DNA of 64,000 nucleotides from Mobula birostris (GCF_030028105.1 NC_092379.1:28265821-28329820); one strand, 5' to 3'. Shown: positions 34,990-50,298, numbered from the stretch's first letter. Notes: generated by a model not told the origin, from the letters alone. Numbers and translations are program-made.

Positions 34990-37900
34990 TTTTACACGAG
35001 AATGCACTGTTTGCATTGCTGCTATGTTGATGACTGACTTGTGTCAGTATCATCTGAGGCAGAAGCGGTTTCTGCTTCACAAGACGTTGCATCAATTTGT
35101 GCGTAAGGCTGCTGTCAACTCTCAAACTCGATAAGCAACACACATCGTGTTCTCACTGTGCACCAGAGGAGCGATGAGAGAAGTGCATGACGGATTCGAA
35201 TGTGGATTAAGATATAGTTTCAGTGGCGAAGATACTCTGTATGGAATAATGCATTTCGTCTAATACTTTTAATGTTTATGATAACAATCCAAGTCAGACG
35301 ACTGACTATAAGGGCGAGGGGGAGGCGTGTTGTCTCACATTTATTTCCATATATAATCATTTAGGAATATTCAGTCCAGTGGTGCTGGCTGATCAGAAGA
35401 TACTACAACATCAGTGAAAGGAAGATCTTGACTGGGCTGACACTGTAGGGGCGTCAGTTGTTCTTCAGTGGACAAGATGGTTAGAAGAACGTTATCAATT
35501 GGAAGGCTCGAAGTTTCTTTGAACTTTGAAGCCCCTGGATGATGGAGAATTTAGTTTTGCACAGTTACAACCGTTTTCAGACGCAAGTGAAGATGACTAT
35601 GGAGCAGTGATATTCCTCCTCTTACACAATCCGCCCTCTAAGGTGCACAGCGCTTTTATCATTCGAAACAGTAACGTAGCTTGTTTTTCAAACCAGACTT
35701 TCATCCGTCTTACAGCTCCGTTCTTCTACAATGGCAAGCCGTACGGCAACGTTGTGGCTTCGTGATGCAATGCATTGGTTCGACACTACCTTTCTATGCA
35801 GGTATAGGAAGAATGCCATTTCCAGGTTACGAGCTTTCGTTGCAGAAAAGTTCCAGAAATGTGTAAACTCTCACAGGTATCTGAATGGAGGCTTGTTAAC
35901 GTTTAAAACAACCCGCCAGATGTGACCGTCAGAGGTTTGAAGTTTGATGCATTTCTGACAAATGCGGTATCTGTGTGAGTACCTCAATATCCTCTTACGC
36001 TTGTAAGGGAATGGCCGGCGATATCCACTGCTAGCTTATCTGTCAGTCAAAAAGCGTGTTAAAATGAATGTGGAAAATATTAAAAAGGAGATAGAATTGT
36101 AATCTATCTAACAAGTCTAACATTTATAATTTATCACTCCTTAATTTGGACACTTTTGAAGAAAACGGTGGCCTGAAATCTTAAGAACTTGCTATCTTTC
36201 TTCGTCTTAAGAGAAAACAATGGAACATTGCAATGGAAGTGATTTCCAGTTTAATTTTCAAATTTGCAAATAGAAAGAAGTGTGGAATTTAAAAAAAATA
36301 ATTTCAAGCTGAATCCAGAACATGAAGGTGCTGTCTGGCTGGTTAGTGGACATCTTGATAGGTTAGCTATGATCGAAAACTAACCATGTTATCATAGTGG
36401 CAACGGATCTTTATATCTTAGTCATTCTTCTGTTGGATATATTTCAAAAGTTGGATGCATCGGCAAGGGAGATGAGGTTGAGTACAGGGTTACGGTGTGG
36501 AACTTTGTCATATGGTGTGAGCAGAATTATCTGCAGCTTATTGTGAAAAAGTCTAAGGAGCTGGTGGTGGACCAGAGGAGGACTAAGGCACCGGTGACCC
36601 CTATTTCCATCCAGGGGGTCAGTGTGGAACATGGTGGAGGATTACAAATACCTGGGGATACGAACTGACCATAAACTGGAATGGTCAAAGAACACTGAGA
36701 CTCTCTACAAGAAGGGTCAGAGCCGTCTCTATTTCCTGAGGAGACTGAGGTCCTTTAACATCTGTCGGACGATGCTGAGGACGTTCTGCGAGTCTGTGGT
36801 GGCCAGTGCTGTCATGTTTGCTGTTGTGTGCTGGGGCAGCAGGCTGAGGGTAGCAAACACCAACAGAATCAACAAACCCATCCGAAAAGTCAGTGATGTT
36901 GTGGGGATGGAACTGGACTCTCTGACGGTGGTGTCTGAAAAGAGATGCTGTCTAGGCTGAATGCCATCTTGGGCAATGACTTCCATCCACTACATAATGT
37001 ACTGGTTGGCACAGGAGTACATTCAGCCAGAGACTCATTCCACCGAGATGCAACACTGAGCCTCATAGGAAGTCATTCCTACCTGTGGCTATCAAACTTT
37101 ACAACACCTCCCTTGGAGGGTCAGACACTCTGAGCCAATAGGCTGGTCCTGCACTTATTTCCATTTGTTATAATGCACATGTTATTATTTAATTATTTAT
37201 GGTTTTATGTTGCTATATTTATACCCTATTCTTGGTTGGGACAACTGTAACGAAACCCAATTTCCCTCGGGATCAATAAAGTATGTGTATCCATCTATCT
37301 ATCTATCTACCTATCTAAATGGTGAGATATTGTGAAAGGAACTAAACACTGTCTTTAGGTTGCGCCGAAATGTTGGATTCCCGGCGCTGCTGCCCCTGTA
37401 AGAAACCTTTTGCAGGTGTGTTCTTTGCAGACGGTTGCACACAGCTCCAGAAGCAGTGCAGTGAAGAAGTATGTGGCTATATTAACCTGTTCATGTATAA
37501 GAGGTTTTTTTTACATTTAGGCGGAATCTTCTTTGGTCACACATTATTTTGTTAGCTTTATAGCAAGAGAAGTACAAGTTAGAGAACCACTTTCGCATAA
37601 TACGACAAACGTTATTGAAGCTGAGAGTGAGGTTGGCTGGACCATTGAAAACTAGAGCGATTCAGGGATCACTGATGTCCTCCTACAGAAAGGAATTAAG
37701 TGGATGTCGAACCGCACGCAGAGGTGGATCATATCATGGTGGAAACTTCAAATATTAATTAGGTCTGAGTGAACGTATATTAGTTCCAACATGAAGGTAT
37801 ACAATCTGGACGAAGAGGTTTTTCCACGCAGTCCTTTGCGAAGAAGTGGCAATTATCAATGTGGTGCAATCACTAATGCATGCCCTGACCACACTTATTT

Positions 37901-38200
37901 GGAAGAATAAACATCATACCATCTGTTGGTTCTGAAGAGCACACAATGCCCTTCAGGGGTGTTCCTAAAAAAAGGCATATTTGCTCGCCGTAAATGGCAG
38001 CACCTAGAATATATGACGAAAATGACTCGGAAATGATCGGCCAATGAGTAATTACCATTGTCACCGGAACGTCATAAAATCTCAAGTATAGCGCGCATTT
38101 TCTTCGCAGGAGATATTATGATTATAGTTTAAACGCAGCATTGTACAGAACACATTGAACATTCAAGTCTTAGAAGGAAGAAGATGATTTCTGCAGTAGG
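34990..38200 (+). mobile_element. Degraded BEL/Pao pol (RT, RNase H, integrase), interrupted by a Rex1 LINE
   Basis: CYVDD*L.SV.SEAEA; QLQPFSDASEDDYGAV; WFDTTFLCRY; integrase paralogous to 671-1700. Confidence 0.75.
36445..37316 (+). mobile_element. Rex1/Babar-group LINE 3' portion with (CTAT)n tail
   Basis: MVEDYKYLG..DHKLEWSKNT..LYKKGQSRLYFLRRLRSF; paralog of 1-670. Confidence 0.85.
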
Positions 38201-38470
38201 TGTGCATCAAATCAAACTGCCGGGCACGTTTATAAACAAGATTATTCTTTCACTGGAGGCACTGGTTTGAGAAACTACAGTTCTAGAGCTGCTGATTGAT
38301 TGTCTTGAAGATTTTGACTTGACTTGCTGCCTTGACAACTCCGTTATGTGATGGTATCCTCTGGCCTAGGACATTTGCATATATGTTAAGATGTTTATTG
38401 ATGAAAATATCATCTCTGCTATTTCAGTTGGCTGTAGTAATTATGATTTTGCAATAACTGATGGCGGAGA

Positions 38471-40930
38471 TGTAGTAGCCCTGTATCTGTTTTCTGTCTG
38501 TCTGCATTGTATTTTATGTTGTTAGATTTATTGTTACGATCATTTATCATCTGACGTTGGGATTGTTGAACGAAAATTGTATAGTCACATATTCAGCCTT
38601 TGTGCCGTAGATTCAGCATAGCTTTGGGGTTTTTTTTGAGTGTTTATTCCACTATTGTGCATATTTTGCTAATTGTGCTTTTCACGCTGAACACCTCAAT
38701 ATCGCTAGTTTTGATCACCTGTCTTTTCTTGTTTCGTAATAAATTATCGAACATCCATTGTCGACCTGATAATCAGTTATTTCTAAGCACAAAATACACT
38801 GTTAATTCGCTTGTTCATCATCTCTGAGGATTTGTTTTATTTTTTCAACTTGCTGCTACGAGTGGCGACGAGGTACTTTCATACCAGCCCGAGACAATTC
38901 ATCATTATCATCATCAGTTGCCATGCCCAGTTTGAGCTTTGACTGCCATGGTCCATACACTGCTGTTTCGGGTCAAGGGAATCAATTCATTGCTATTCAT
39001 ATCTAGTTCTTTGGCTGCCATCATCATTTGTCTGTGCCTTCCTTTTGCTTTCCTCCCTTCAATCTTTCCCATAATTATCGTGCATTAAAACTCCTGTTTC
39101 CTAATCACATATCCAATAAAGATACAATTACCTACTTAATCCACAGCACTATTTTGTTTTTTCTTCAGAAAGTTCATCGAGACGTTCCGGTTAAAAAACA
39201 AACAAAAAGAAAAAAGGAACACGTGCTTCCGGAACATTCGTAATTCCGGTGTTCGTAAACAGAGAGTACGGGTAAAATAATACAAAGTAATCATAAACTG
39301 GACAACATATAAACAATATATAAAGAAGGATTGAGCATTTTGTTTTTCTTTTAGAAGCGGAATCAAATCTGACGTACCTGAATGGAGGAAATTAACAGAA
39401 CACTGAAAATTTGCTGATGGTCTTTGTGAACACTGATTGATCGTTCAGTTTAGTTTGTGGAAATTTACGACAGAACATTTAAAAAGACTTGCTGGTAACA
39501 CAGCTCATATTTAAAAGAACAGTTAACATGGATGCATCAATGAAAACCGCAGCAGGGACACAATTCAGTTGCGGTCAGGAATGAATTTGAGCGTGAAAAA
39601 CTTACAACGTCTTAGCAGATACGTGCCTGCTGACGAAATTGTGTTTCCCTTTTTGTAGGGGCTCCGACACATCAGAGCAATGCAATTTTAAAGGGGAAAG
39701 TTGCAGAGGTATGCAACAAGGTAGGACATGGCGGGCAAACAGGAATAAACGGACTGCACAAGGAAGAGCAAGAGAAAAAAGGTCAAGATTCAGTTTCCAA
39801 AGAGCACCAATCAGCCTGACTTTGACAATGAAGTCTAATAAAGAAAAGTGTCAACGGACGTGTAGCTTTGGGATTTATAATCTGTAAACTAACAAGAGAC
39901 GATCAGTAAGGGATAAACAGAATAGAACGATAAAATAATAGACACTCTCTCGGCTGCGACAGTCAGTCTTTCCAATGAGCGTGAAAAGAAAGCTAGCAGA
40001 TAATCAACCTATTGTGGAAAACAGATGACTATTGTAGGAATGACATCAGTAAAGGAAAATGCAACAGTAAACAAGACCAGCAATGTGGCTCGCTGTTGGC
40101 GGAGAGGACTACAACTTGATTGGAGATGCATCCAGCGTTTACTTGCCAAATTCCTGCAATGTCAACTGAAAGTGAAGTAAAACAGATACTGGATAATGCC
40201 ACAGCAGTGTTGAGTGTATTTCAGAAATTTTCCAGCGGATCAGGAGTAAAATAGCATCAACTGAATATTTCACACACTAGTTATACATAGCATTTCCGTT
40301 CCTTGCACCATCCCTAGTTTGGAGTGTAAAACCTTTTAACCAGCACTGGGTTGGGAACCAGATTACCTTCATTAATGATCATCAATCAATTATGTCTATT
40401 CTAGATCCAGATAATCATGTTTCACTGTGGTTAGCGATACGACTACAGAGACAAACTGAAAACTTCTCGAACAAGGAGCACAATGTTTCAGTTTGAAGCA
40501 AATAGTTCCGGCGAGGAAATATGTTGGTGATCAAAAGCGAGTGTTTGAAAAGATTAAGGGCAGAAGTGGATCACTGTTCTGGATATTAGCGATTATGTTC
40601 TATATCCTCCGGAGACGACGCATTGAACAGTTGGGGAGATCAGAATCAATTGATGAGAAGAAAGAACTCCAGAGAAGTCAGAAAAGCCTTCTGGATTCCC
40701 AGACTCAATTCCTACTACCCCAAGTCTTATATTGGTTTATTCCAACAAATGTCACATGTCAGGTGGAATTATACTGCTACTACTCTTGACAAGAAAGAAG
40801 ATATCCCACAGGTATAGAGAATTATCCAGAGACAGTGGACCTATGGGTCTGAATGGGGCAATTCAAACTTCACTGTGCTGTGGATGTTAATAGTTTAAAT
40901 ATACTGTTTGATAAAGCATTATTTGTATGG
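38471..40930 (+). mobile_element. Gypsy LTR, PBS and internal remnant (paralog of 1925-4400)
   Basis: TGTAGTAG start; TGGCGACGAGG at 38863; same pol remnants. Confidence 0.6.
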
Positions 40931-41104
40931 TTACATAACTGATTACATGTTTCATAAAATGAAGTGCATGAGCGGCAAAAGTCATAACGCCCCATGAAAA
41001 GAGACCGCTAAGTAGAAACGCTTTCTATACTCCTGTCTGTTCTTTAGATTATTTTGACTCAATAAAAGTTAATCCGGATATGAATCACCGAGTGTTCCTT
41101 GGAG

Positions 41105-42945
41105 CATGTTGGTATTATGAACGCCGTCTTCCACTCATCTCCCTAGCGGTCTATAGAACCAGTTTGGTGAAGATCCGATCACTGGGATTGTTTTAATGCA
41201 CTCTCCACCTAGTGGATAGTTTGGCATTCTATATATTGATTTTGTAAAGTCTACAGTAGTGAATGCATGGATGAACACCACAATTTATTCTCTTTTCTTA
41301 CAGATAAGGACACTTCACCGGGGCTGAGGACTGGAATTTTTGAATGTCGGCATTCCGTAGCGCATCGGAGATATACTCATTCAAGGCTCTGGTCTCAGGA
41401 TGAGCGAAGTATAACAGACGAATCTTAAGGGGAGGTTCCAGGGAGTTATGGTCCTCCTGCTGCTGTGAGGCAGCAGAATACAGACTTCCATTTCAGTAAA
41501 GGCAATGGCTATGTAAGTGTATTCCTGTGGGAATTTGGTAAGGTCGTGAGATTTACCGGGTGAAGTCAATTGAAGTTGCAGGCAGATGGCTTCCGCAGCT
41601 CATCACTGAGCCTGATGGCTCGGGGAAATGAGGGTGGTAACTCAATACGATATGAGTTTTGGGTGAGTCGGTAAGTACGGATTTGTGGACACGACCTATT
41701 TATTCTCCGATGTTCAAGTTCACAGGTCCTCTAGGCGGTCTGACCATCTTAGTCCCAACGGGAAGTCCATTACGTTCCGTTTATGCCGAGGAGGTAGAGA
41801 TAAGCTGGATAGGGAGTCGGACTTGCACACAGAGAACCATTTCCAGAAGGTTGCATCCTGCACGGAGTAGATTATGGACTTCTATACACGTAGAGCGGTC
41901 GAGGTGTGGAGGAAGACAGAGTGAGAGAATCAGGCTTTGTTACAGGAAGGACAAAGAACGAAACTCGACTACACCTGCTTGTGCCGTTTCTTGGGCGAAG
42001 TGGAAAAAGGATGTGTGGGTGATCGGAAGCTGCGTTGTAAGGGCAAATTTTGTTACTGCACTAGTCTTTCATACTCTTGGGGGTGGGAACTGTATGGGTC
42101 TGGGCAATAAGTATCTCCGGCTACCAGCGATGTTTCTGTACGCCTTGATGATGAGGATCCTGCAGCCTGAAATATTTCTGGGAACGAAACAAGCTTCCTG
42201 GATGTTATTTTATGTGGTCGTCCCATCAGCAAGTTGTAAATTATGATGGCTGGAAGGTTAGAAGTCTTTGTGTTCGTTGGGCCTCTCACCGGTATACAAA
42301 TCGCACAGCGCCCTGATATACTCTGATGCCCTTAGGCGAATAGCGCTTCCGCAATCTAGTCCTAAAATTGACGATGAAATCGAGAACGGAGCATGAAACA
42401 CAGCAGGCGAAGTATTTGACATGCTAATCACTTTCCACTTACTTGATGGTCGAAGAGCGGACGCAACTCAACAACGTATTAGTAATATTTATTACAAATA
42501 ACGGTTTTATTTTCCCAATTAGAGGTGGCCCCGGCAGAGTCGCCAATTTAGGAGAGAGATTAGGAGAGCTATCTTGGCTCTGTACACGGAATATAGAGAT
42601 AGCAGGAGTTCGAAGTGTAAGATACCACTAGAACAGGAAGTTGCAATATTGTGCTGCAGATCTGTTGAAGCGTTCGTGTAGTGCAACGTTGGACTCAGAG
42701 CTAGGAGGTAGAATGGCGTTGTATTGCTGTTGCTATATGAAAGGTTGTTTGAAATTGGCGAGCAGGTGATCAATGGTTTCCTGCTGCTATGGGATCGTGT
42801 GCTTCTGTCGACAGTTGATTTCCTTTGGGAAACCATATTTTGTTGGGTCTATTACTGGTTCAATCATCCTGTAAGAAATCTAGAACAGGCTTCACCTAAA
42901 AACCAGAGCAGCGGATCCGACTTACAAGTAAACGCCGACGCCAAT
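41105..42945 (-). mobile_element. Degraded sushi/Tf2-like Gypsy fragment (paralog of 5851-7670)
   Basis: Same minus-strand gag and RT motifs. Confidence 0.72.
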
Positions 42946-42949
42946 CTGA

Positions 42950-43730
42950 AGATAACACATCCAAATATTCAATTGAAATGCAGATGGAGAAACATTCTTG
43001 CCTCCCCATCGGGGACATTCTGATACGATTGACGCTGGATGCTAGTATTGGGTGCCAAATAACACGGACTTATACATCAAAATGATAGTCGCCATCATGG
43101 CTCACAACGTAGAGCCGTGTTTTCAATATTGATTAACCATGGGAAAGCTATTTCGGAAAAGGAGATAATTGAGCATGACTTTCCTGCAGAATGGTTACCA
43201 TGGGAATAAAATTAATCGGGGCCTTAATACGGAAGACGGAAAAAAAAACAGGGCACCTCAGATCGTGGAAGAAGCTACCGCCTGTCTTCCCTATTTCCCC
43301 GTTGGTTCTGGAAAATCTCTAGGATCCTGAAGAAGTGACGGATAAGTAACTCCCACAAACAGGAAAGTGACACACATTTAGGTTATGCGGTTCAATGATG
43401 AACCGGGTCTCCGTGCGGCTAGATTCCCAATGCGTACAAAGCAGCTAATTTCAGCCAGACGGGAGGAGCGGTGGAAACTCGAAGTGGGCACAGGAGGTGT
43501 ATGCATTTGGTTTACTTGGAGAAGTCTGCGGCAGCAGAAGTTGACATAGTCAATGACTACATTATTGCATTCGACGGCGCAAAGCTACTATCCTGTGCCG
43601 ATGGCTTTGGGACCGCCTGGTAAAGAAAACATTGAAATAAGACCAGAGAATTAGAAGGTAATCAAAGGGAAAGTTGACACTATAAGTTAGAACTGGAATA
43701 GAAGTTTACACACAATAGGACGACGGACAC
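42950..43730 (+). mobile_element. Degraded Penelope-like fragment (paralog of 7680-8480)
   Basis: HPNIQLK..EKHSCLPIGDI; colinear with copy A. Confidence 0.62.
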
Positions 43731-43869
43731 TTATTAGTTGAGGACTCGCCAATGAAGAAGGACTGATAGATGGGAATTGATTATATATGTCACTGGACTA
43801 GACATGTCTACAGTCATTCCTCATGAAAATGACAGAGTTTCGCATCGAAACGTAGATTATAATCGACAC

Positions 43870-44460
43870 TTTGATACTTGGAACCGGCAGTAAGTCGAGG
43901 GGAGTATATTCGGCATCAAGAATCGCACATACTCTCATGTGGAATTTCTACATACCGATTAAGAAAGCTTTGCTGACCATATTTTCCAAGCTGTACCTCA
44001 TCGATTCATTCTACCGCATGGGAGTTCCAGACAATATGTGGGAAGTTAATATCACCTATTTAACAACGTCGTGTTTCTTCCATTATTCTGTGATGTCTCC
44101 ACAAATTTCTTGTTTTACGTCCCCGATTATTGTGTGATCTGCAATATAAACCCATTGATTTGGACATGCCTTTCGCAATTCCCAGTCCAGACATAATGCC
44201 TCACTTAGTTGAGTTATTTACATTGTGCTGACTGAGCATTGTCACGACTTTTCACTGACTTGTAACACAATCGTTTCCCATTTAATTCCTGCTCTTCTGT
44301 CGCGTCCTAAGCAAAGGAACAGCGGGATACTGAGTTGTTATTCCTGCCAATTCTGCAACCAAGTCTCATTTATGATTGCAATATCATAATTTTTCTGGGA
44401 CCATCCATGCCCTGAGCTCATCTGAGTTTCTAAAGATACCCCTAGTAGTGAAATAAACAC
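43870..44460 (-). mobile_element. CR1 endonuclease fragment (paralog of 8620-9200)
   Basis: Colinear with copy A; minus strand GDINFPHIVW. Confidence 0.55.
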
Positions 44461-45663
44461 AGTTCAGGACATCCAGTGCAACATTCTCAAAGTTCCGATT
44501 GCTGACATTGTCTGAAGTGCTAACAACGTTTGTCTCCCTAGTATCTGCTCTTACACTCTACAGCCCAACACTACCAAATCTTCAGAGTAGAATATTGTCC
44601 CTCTTCTAATATAATTGCAACCGTCTGTTCTGTACAGTACGCACTTGCCCTGGAAGACAGCTGAATAATCCAAAAATCTCACGTGCTCTCTCACAGACCA
44701 ACTCCGTATGTAAGTGTATCATTTTCCAACTTCTGTCCTCACGAGGACGTGGCACAGGGAACAATGCTAAGATAACAGCTCCGGAGATCCTATCCTTTAG
44801 CGTAGCATCCAACTCCTTCAGATCACTGCAGAACCTGGTGAGTCTTACTATTAATGTCATTGTTACTTACGTGGGGCACGACATCTGGCTGTTCAAACAC
44901 CCATCTAAAATTCTGAAAAATCGGTTCAGGAAGTCCTGGACACTGGCACTCTGGTTCAACAGTTCCGTGAGAGCAGCACTTACTGGGCGACATTATGATC
45001 GCGATGCCGGTATTCAGCAGCAGTTCAGAAACGCAGCCATGATCCGGGCAACGGCAATATGGAAGCAAAACAACAGTACAGGAACAACATCGAGATATAA
45101 CTTTTACCAAACACCCACTCAACTTACGACAAGGTCTGTTCACCATGGCAGACTCAGAGTTAAAGGCAGTGGACTTTCTAACATCGCTGCCTCTCTCCCA
45201 GACGAGATAAACCTTTATACGCTTGATTCCCTGTTGCCAATACTGAGCCCCTGAGGAGACTAGCAGATGATGTGACCGACAGTGTGGTCATTTCTCAGGC
45301 TGAAATACGCAGGTGTTTCCAACGAGTGGACATTCGCCAGACTGTGGGACCGGACGGCATCCCAGGGCGGGTACTCAGGATGTGCGCGGCACAAAAGGCA
45401 GATCGGTTTACAGACATTTATAATCACCCCGTCTCCCAATGTAGGGTGCCATCCTGATTCAAGACATCGGTCATCCGTCATTGTTCCTGTACCTTAATGA
45501 CCAAGGTAGCATGTCCGAACTGCTGGCGTACTGCTGTGCTCTCCTTCGTAAAAGCAAATGCTTTCAGTGGCAGTTAGCGGCTACATCTGAGGCATACTAC
45601 AACCCACAGTGAACCCCCTACAGTTCACCTATTGACATAACCGTGCAATAGATGACGCGATAG

Positions 45664-47159
45664 GCCCAGTTATGCCTACCTCTTTCTTTGGTTATGTGCC
45701 CCATCTATGCCTGCCTCTTCGTTGATTATGTGGAACAGTCTATGTTCCAAACCTATACTGGTACTGTTCCTCAACTTTACCGTCGCTACATTGACGACTA
45801 CATTGGTGCTGCCTCCTGCACCCACGCTGAGCTCGTCAATTTCATCGACTTTACTTCAAACTTCCGTCCAGCCCTCTAATTCACTTAGTCCATCTCGGAC
45901 ACTTCTCTCCCCTTTCCTGATCACTCGGTCTCCATCTCTGGAGACAGACTGTCCACTGAAATCTTCTATAAACCCACTATAACTACCTCAACTATACTTC
46001 CTCCGGCCCTGCCACAAGCAAAAATGCCATTCCGTTTTTCTCCAGTTCCTCCGTCTCCGCCGCATCTGCTCCCAAGATGAGGCTTTCCGTTCCAGGACAT
46101 CTCAAATATCCTCTTTCTTGAAGGGTTTCCTTTCTGCCGTCAACTCTGATGCCCTCATCCGCACCTCCTCCATTTCCAGCACTTCGGCACTCTCCCCTTC
46201 TTCCCGGCACCACAACAGGGACAGAGTTCCCCTTGTCCTCACCTACCACCCCAGCAGCCTGCGTATCCAGCAGATTATCCTCCGCAACTTCCGCCACCTT
46301 CAACAAGACCCCACCAATAAGCATATCTTTCTCCCTCCACCCCTATCCGCTTCCGCAGGGATCGTTACCTCCGCGACTCCTGGTCCACACGTCTCTCCCC
46401 ACGGATCTCCCACCCGGCACTTGTCCCTGTAAGCGTAAGTGCTACACTTGTCCCTACACCTCCTCTATTGCCACCATTCAGGGCCCCAACCAGTCCTTCC
46501 AGGTGAGACAACGCTTCACTTGTGAGTATGTTGTGGTTATCTGTTACATCATTGCTCTCGGTGTGGCCTTTACTACATCGGTGAAACTCGAGGCAGATTG
46601 GGAGACCGAATCATCGAGCACAACCGCTCCGTCCGCCACAACATACAGGATCTCCCGGTTGCCACCCAATTCAACTCTGCTTCACATTCCCCTTCCGATA
46701 TGTCCATGCATGGCCTCCTCTACTGCCATGATGAGGCTAAACTCAGGTTGGAGGAGCAACACCTCATATACCGTTTGGGTAGTCTCCAGCCCCTTGTTAT
46801 GCACATTGAATTCTCCAACTTCCAGTAATTCCCTTCTCCCCCTTCCCCCAACCCTGCTTTACTCTGCCCCCTCCCCCAGCTGCCTATCACCTCCTTCATG
46901 GTCCCGCCTCCTTCTACTACCCAGTGTGTTTTCCCCTATTCCTTCTTCACCTTTTCTGCTTATCCCTCCATGTTTCCCCTTCCATACTCCTTTATATTTT
47001 CCCGTTCTGGTTTTTCACCTGGCTCCTACCAGCCTTCTCCTTCCCACCTTTCCTCCACCTTTTTTAGAGGGACTGTGCCCCCTTCCTCTTCAGTCCTGAC
47101 GAAAGGTTCCGACCCGAAACGTTGACTGAGCATTTCTCCTCCAGCGTCTAGTGAGTGTA
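45664..47159 (+). mobile_element. Penelope-like element (paralog of 10423-11910)
   Basis: YACLFVDYVEQSM...YIDDYIG; GIY-YIG remnant; same insertion point as copy A. Confidence 0.85.
47090..47129 (+). ncRNA. Minimal hammerhead ribozyme motif with intact core
   Basis: TCAGTC-CTGACGA-aaGGT(tccg)ACCc-GAAAC-GTT-GACTGA. Confidence 0.72.
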
Positions 47160-50100
47160 GCTCTATACACCGGTCCCCACACATCTAGAGAAGCGGGTTG
47201 CTTATGTATGAATGCTGTTCTTGGACTACAGTTCAGCATTCAAAACTGTAATTCCCTCCAGGCTCAACAACAAGTTCAGAGACCTGGGCCTTCACCCTGC
47301 CTTCTGTAGCTGGATCCTGGACTTTCTGTCAGATCGCCGCCGGTGATAAGAGAGGGACCCTCACCACTGCCCCTCTGACCATGAACACACGTGGCCCAAA
47401 TCTGTGTACGAAGCCTCCTCCTTTACTCTTTCATTACCAATTACTGTGTCCCTACCCAGAGCTCCAATCTGCTAATTAAATTTGCTGAGGACACCACATG
47501 ATGGACCTAATCTCAAAAAATAATGAGGGAGTCTAGAGAGAACTATTCACCACCAGTAACATAGTGGCATCAAGAAAACAACTTCTCTCGCAAATTTGCA
47601 GAACAAAAAAAAAACAAAGAAGCTGGTTGTGGACTACAGGCAGAATGGAGACAGGCTAACTACGATTGACATCAATGGATCTTTAAACCTCAAGTTCGGC
47701 ATACAAATCACTGAGGATCTGACTTGGTCGGTACATACCGGTTGTGTGCTAAAAAAGGCAAAACAGTGTCTCTTTTACCTCAGAGGGTTGAAGAAGTTTG
47801 ATATTGAATTCCAGGTCCCAAGAACGCTCTACTGGAGCACAAATGAGAGCATCCCGACTGGCTGCCTCACTGCCTTGTGTTGGAACTGTACTTTCCTCAA
47901 TCGCTGACCTCTGCAAGGAGCGGTGCGGACAGCGCATCTGTAGGTGCGACCTGCCCACTATTCAGGACATTTAGAAAGAGAGGTGTATAAAAAGGGCACG
48001 AAGGATCATTAGAGACCCGGGACACCCCAAGCACAAAATGTTCCAGCTTCTACTGTCCGGGATACGGGATGGCAGCATAAAATCCAGGACCAACCAGGAT
48101 CCAGAACAGCGTCCTCCACCAAGACATCAGACGTATTAACTCATGCTGATACAATTGTATTTCTATGTTATTTTGACTGCCCTGTTGTACATCGTATTTA
48201 TTATATATTTTTTTTAATTACGCGTTGCATATTTAAAAGGAAATATAACGTGAAGATATGTACTCCTCATGTAAATGATGTAGGTAATAAAGTCAATTCT
48301 ATTCGATTCAATTCATATTTCTTCTCTCTCACAGAAACAGACTCGATGCTGGAGTGTACACCGCTGTGATGTTTCTCTGCTACCTCATGCCCCCAGCATT
48401 ATCCAAAGTAGCATATATGTTGTTCGGGGAGATTTCCACAGTTGCACTCTGCACAAGCTGTTTAAGTCCTTTGTCTTTCTTGTCACCTACTTTCCTGCCC
48501 CCGGTAACTCTGGTGCACCCACCATCTTTATGCCCAATCTATCACGCCCTCAGCCTTTCGAAACATCCAGCGTTCATCCACTTCCAGCTTCCGCTCCATA
48601 AAACGGGGTGTAGGAATCTGAAATTGCATGAATTTCATCCATGAGTAGTCGTCAGTGATACTGGAGAACTCCGAGTCTTCTCTTCCAATAACCAGCAAAG
48701 AGTACATGCAAGTATAAGGGCTCGATAATGATTCCGGCCAGACAGGCCGAATGCTCACTCCTTCCCATACATGCTGCATGGTCGCTGAGTTAGTACTGCA
48801 TTTTTTGTGTATTCCGTTTAACTTTTCTGCCTGGCATATTACAGCTCATGCTGAACAAATATAAATAATGAAAGAAAATAACAGTAAACAAACTACGGTG
48901 GAAAAATGCCCGCTACATTTCGTATTCTCTTAATCACGCCTAATCTCGCTGAAACATCGAAGAAGCAATTCCTCAAATTTATTTTGTAACACTGTCGACA
49001 CCACCGACTGCCGTACCGCTTTCCCCTACCTTTTCCGAATTTGTTCTTGTTATTCAATCCATATCACTTTTCAAACACGAAAATGCGGCGAATTGGTGGG
49101 CTATGCATTCGAATCGGCGAACGCGAGATAACTCCGTCTTATACTCTTTGCGATCTCCAATTGGCAGCAGTTTTAAACACCAAACCACCGCGAGTAGATG
49201 CCTTATTTTCTCAATCGGCGAACCTGTCAGAGCTATGTTTTCTCACGCTTTGTATCTCCGATAATCTCTGGTTAAAAGATCAAACAGCCGCCAGATGATG
49301 CAGTGTGCACTCAATAGGCAAACTTGAGTGAGCTCCGTCCCAACACGGTTCGGATCTCCACCTGGCGGGAATTTAAATACATATTTCGTTAACTTCCATT
49401 TCCAAGAGGTCGCATACGCGATTGTTCATTGCACATCGTAGCCGAGATTTCACTTACATAATTTTCAATTTATTTATTTTTGTATTCATTTATTCAATCA
49501 TTTATTCATTTATCGGTTGATTAAATAACTACATAATTAAATAATTTGTTGTTTCTTTATTTATTTGCTAAAATTTCAGTACAGATGGTGGCATAATATG
49601 CAAGATTATTAAAGACAGATCAGTAACTATGGAGGTACAAGGACATTAAAGCTCTGCAGACTATTTGTGGTGAGATCTCACCGAACCCCAGTCTAATCAC
49701 AAAACCCTAGACAAATCTGCGTTCAATACTAAAACAGCGTATTAGTCTTCCTATTCGACTGTGGCACTTTGCATTTCCACTTTTCCCTCAAACATGAGCT
49801 TTTTTCCAGTCTCACCAGTATTAAATACATATGTTGCTATTTTATTGTAGGTCTGCAGAGCAGTACCTCACATTCGATGTTATTTGTTGCACTTCCCTTG
49901 CGTATGCGCTGAGCTTCTCTTTGTTTTCTTCTGGCCTCTTTAACCCGAGGTTTATTCCGTTAGAACAGAGAAAATAGTGCAGTAGAGCATAACGTTGAGC
50001 CTTCGGAATACGGTGCGGTGGAGACCGATATAAATCAGTTCATGATCCTACTAACGTTTCACCACACCCTGCACTTACCTTTGTCCTCCATTTATCCTAT

Positions 50101-50211
50101 ATCAATATGGTAGCAATTTTCTCTAATGTCAGCTTATCAGTCTCTACCTGCAGCAGTTGCTGCGGAGTCTAGAATTTTACAGGAGGTTTGCATTGGAGTT
50201 CTCCAAGAATG

Positions 50212-50258
<47 letters not shown>

Positions 50259-50298
50259 CATCATCATCATCATCATCATAATATCAACAACAACAACA
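50212..50298. repeat. Compound (AAT)n(CAT)n(CAA)n microsatellite
   Basis: Direct reading. Confidence 0.9.

Larger units (their letters stand above)
44460..48320 (+). mobile_element. Rex1/Babar-group LINE with nested Penelope (paralog of 9200-13095)
   Basis: WFNSSVRAAL, GPDGIPGRVLR, KAKQCLFYLRGLKKF, ATTC tail. Confidence 0.8.
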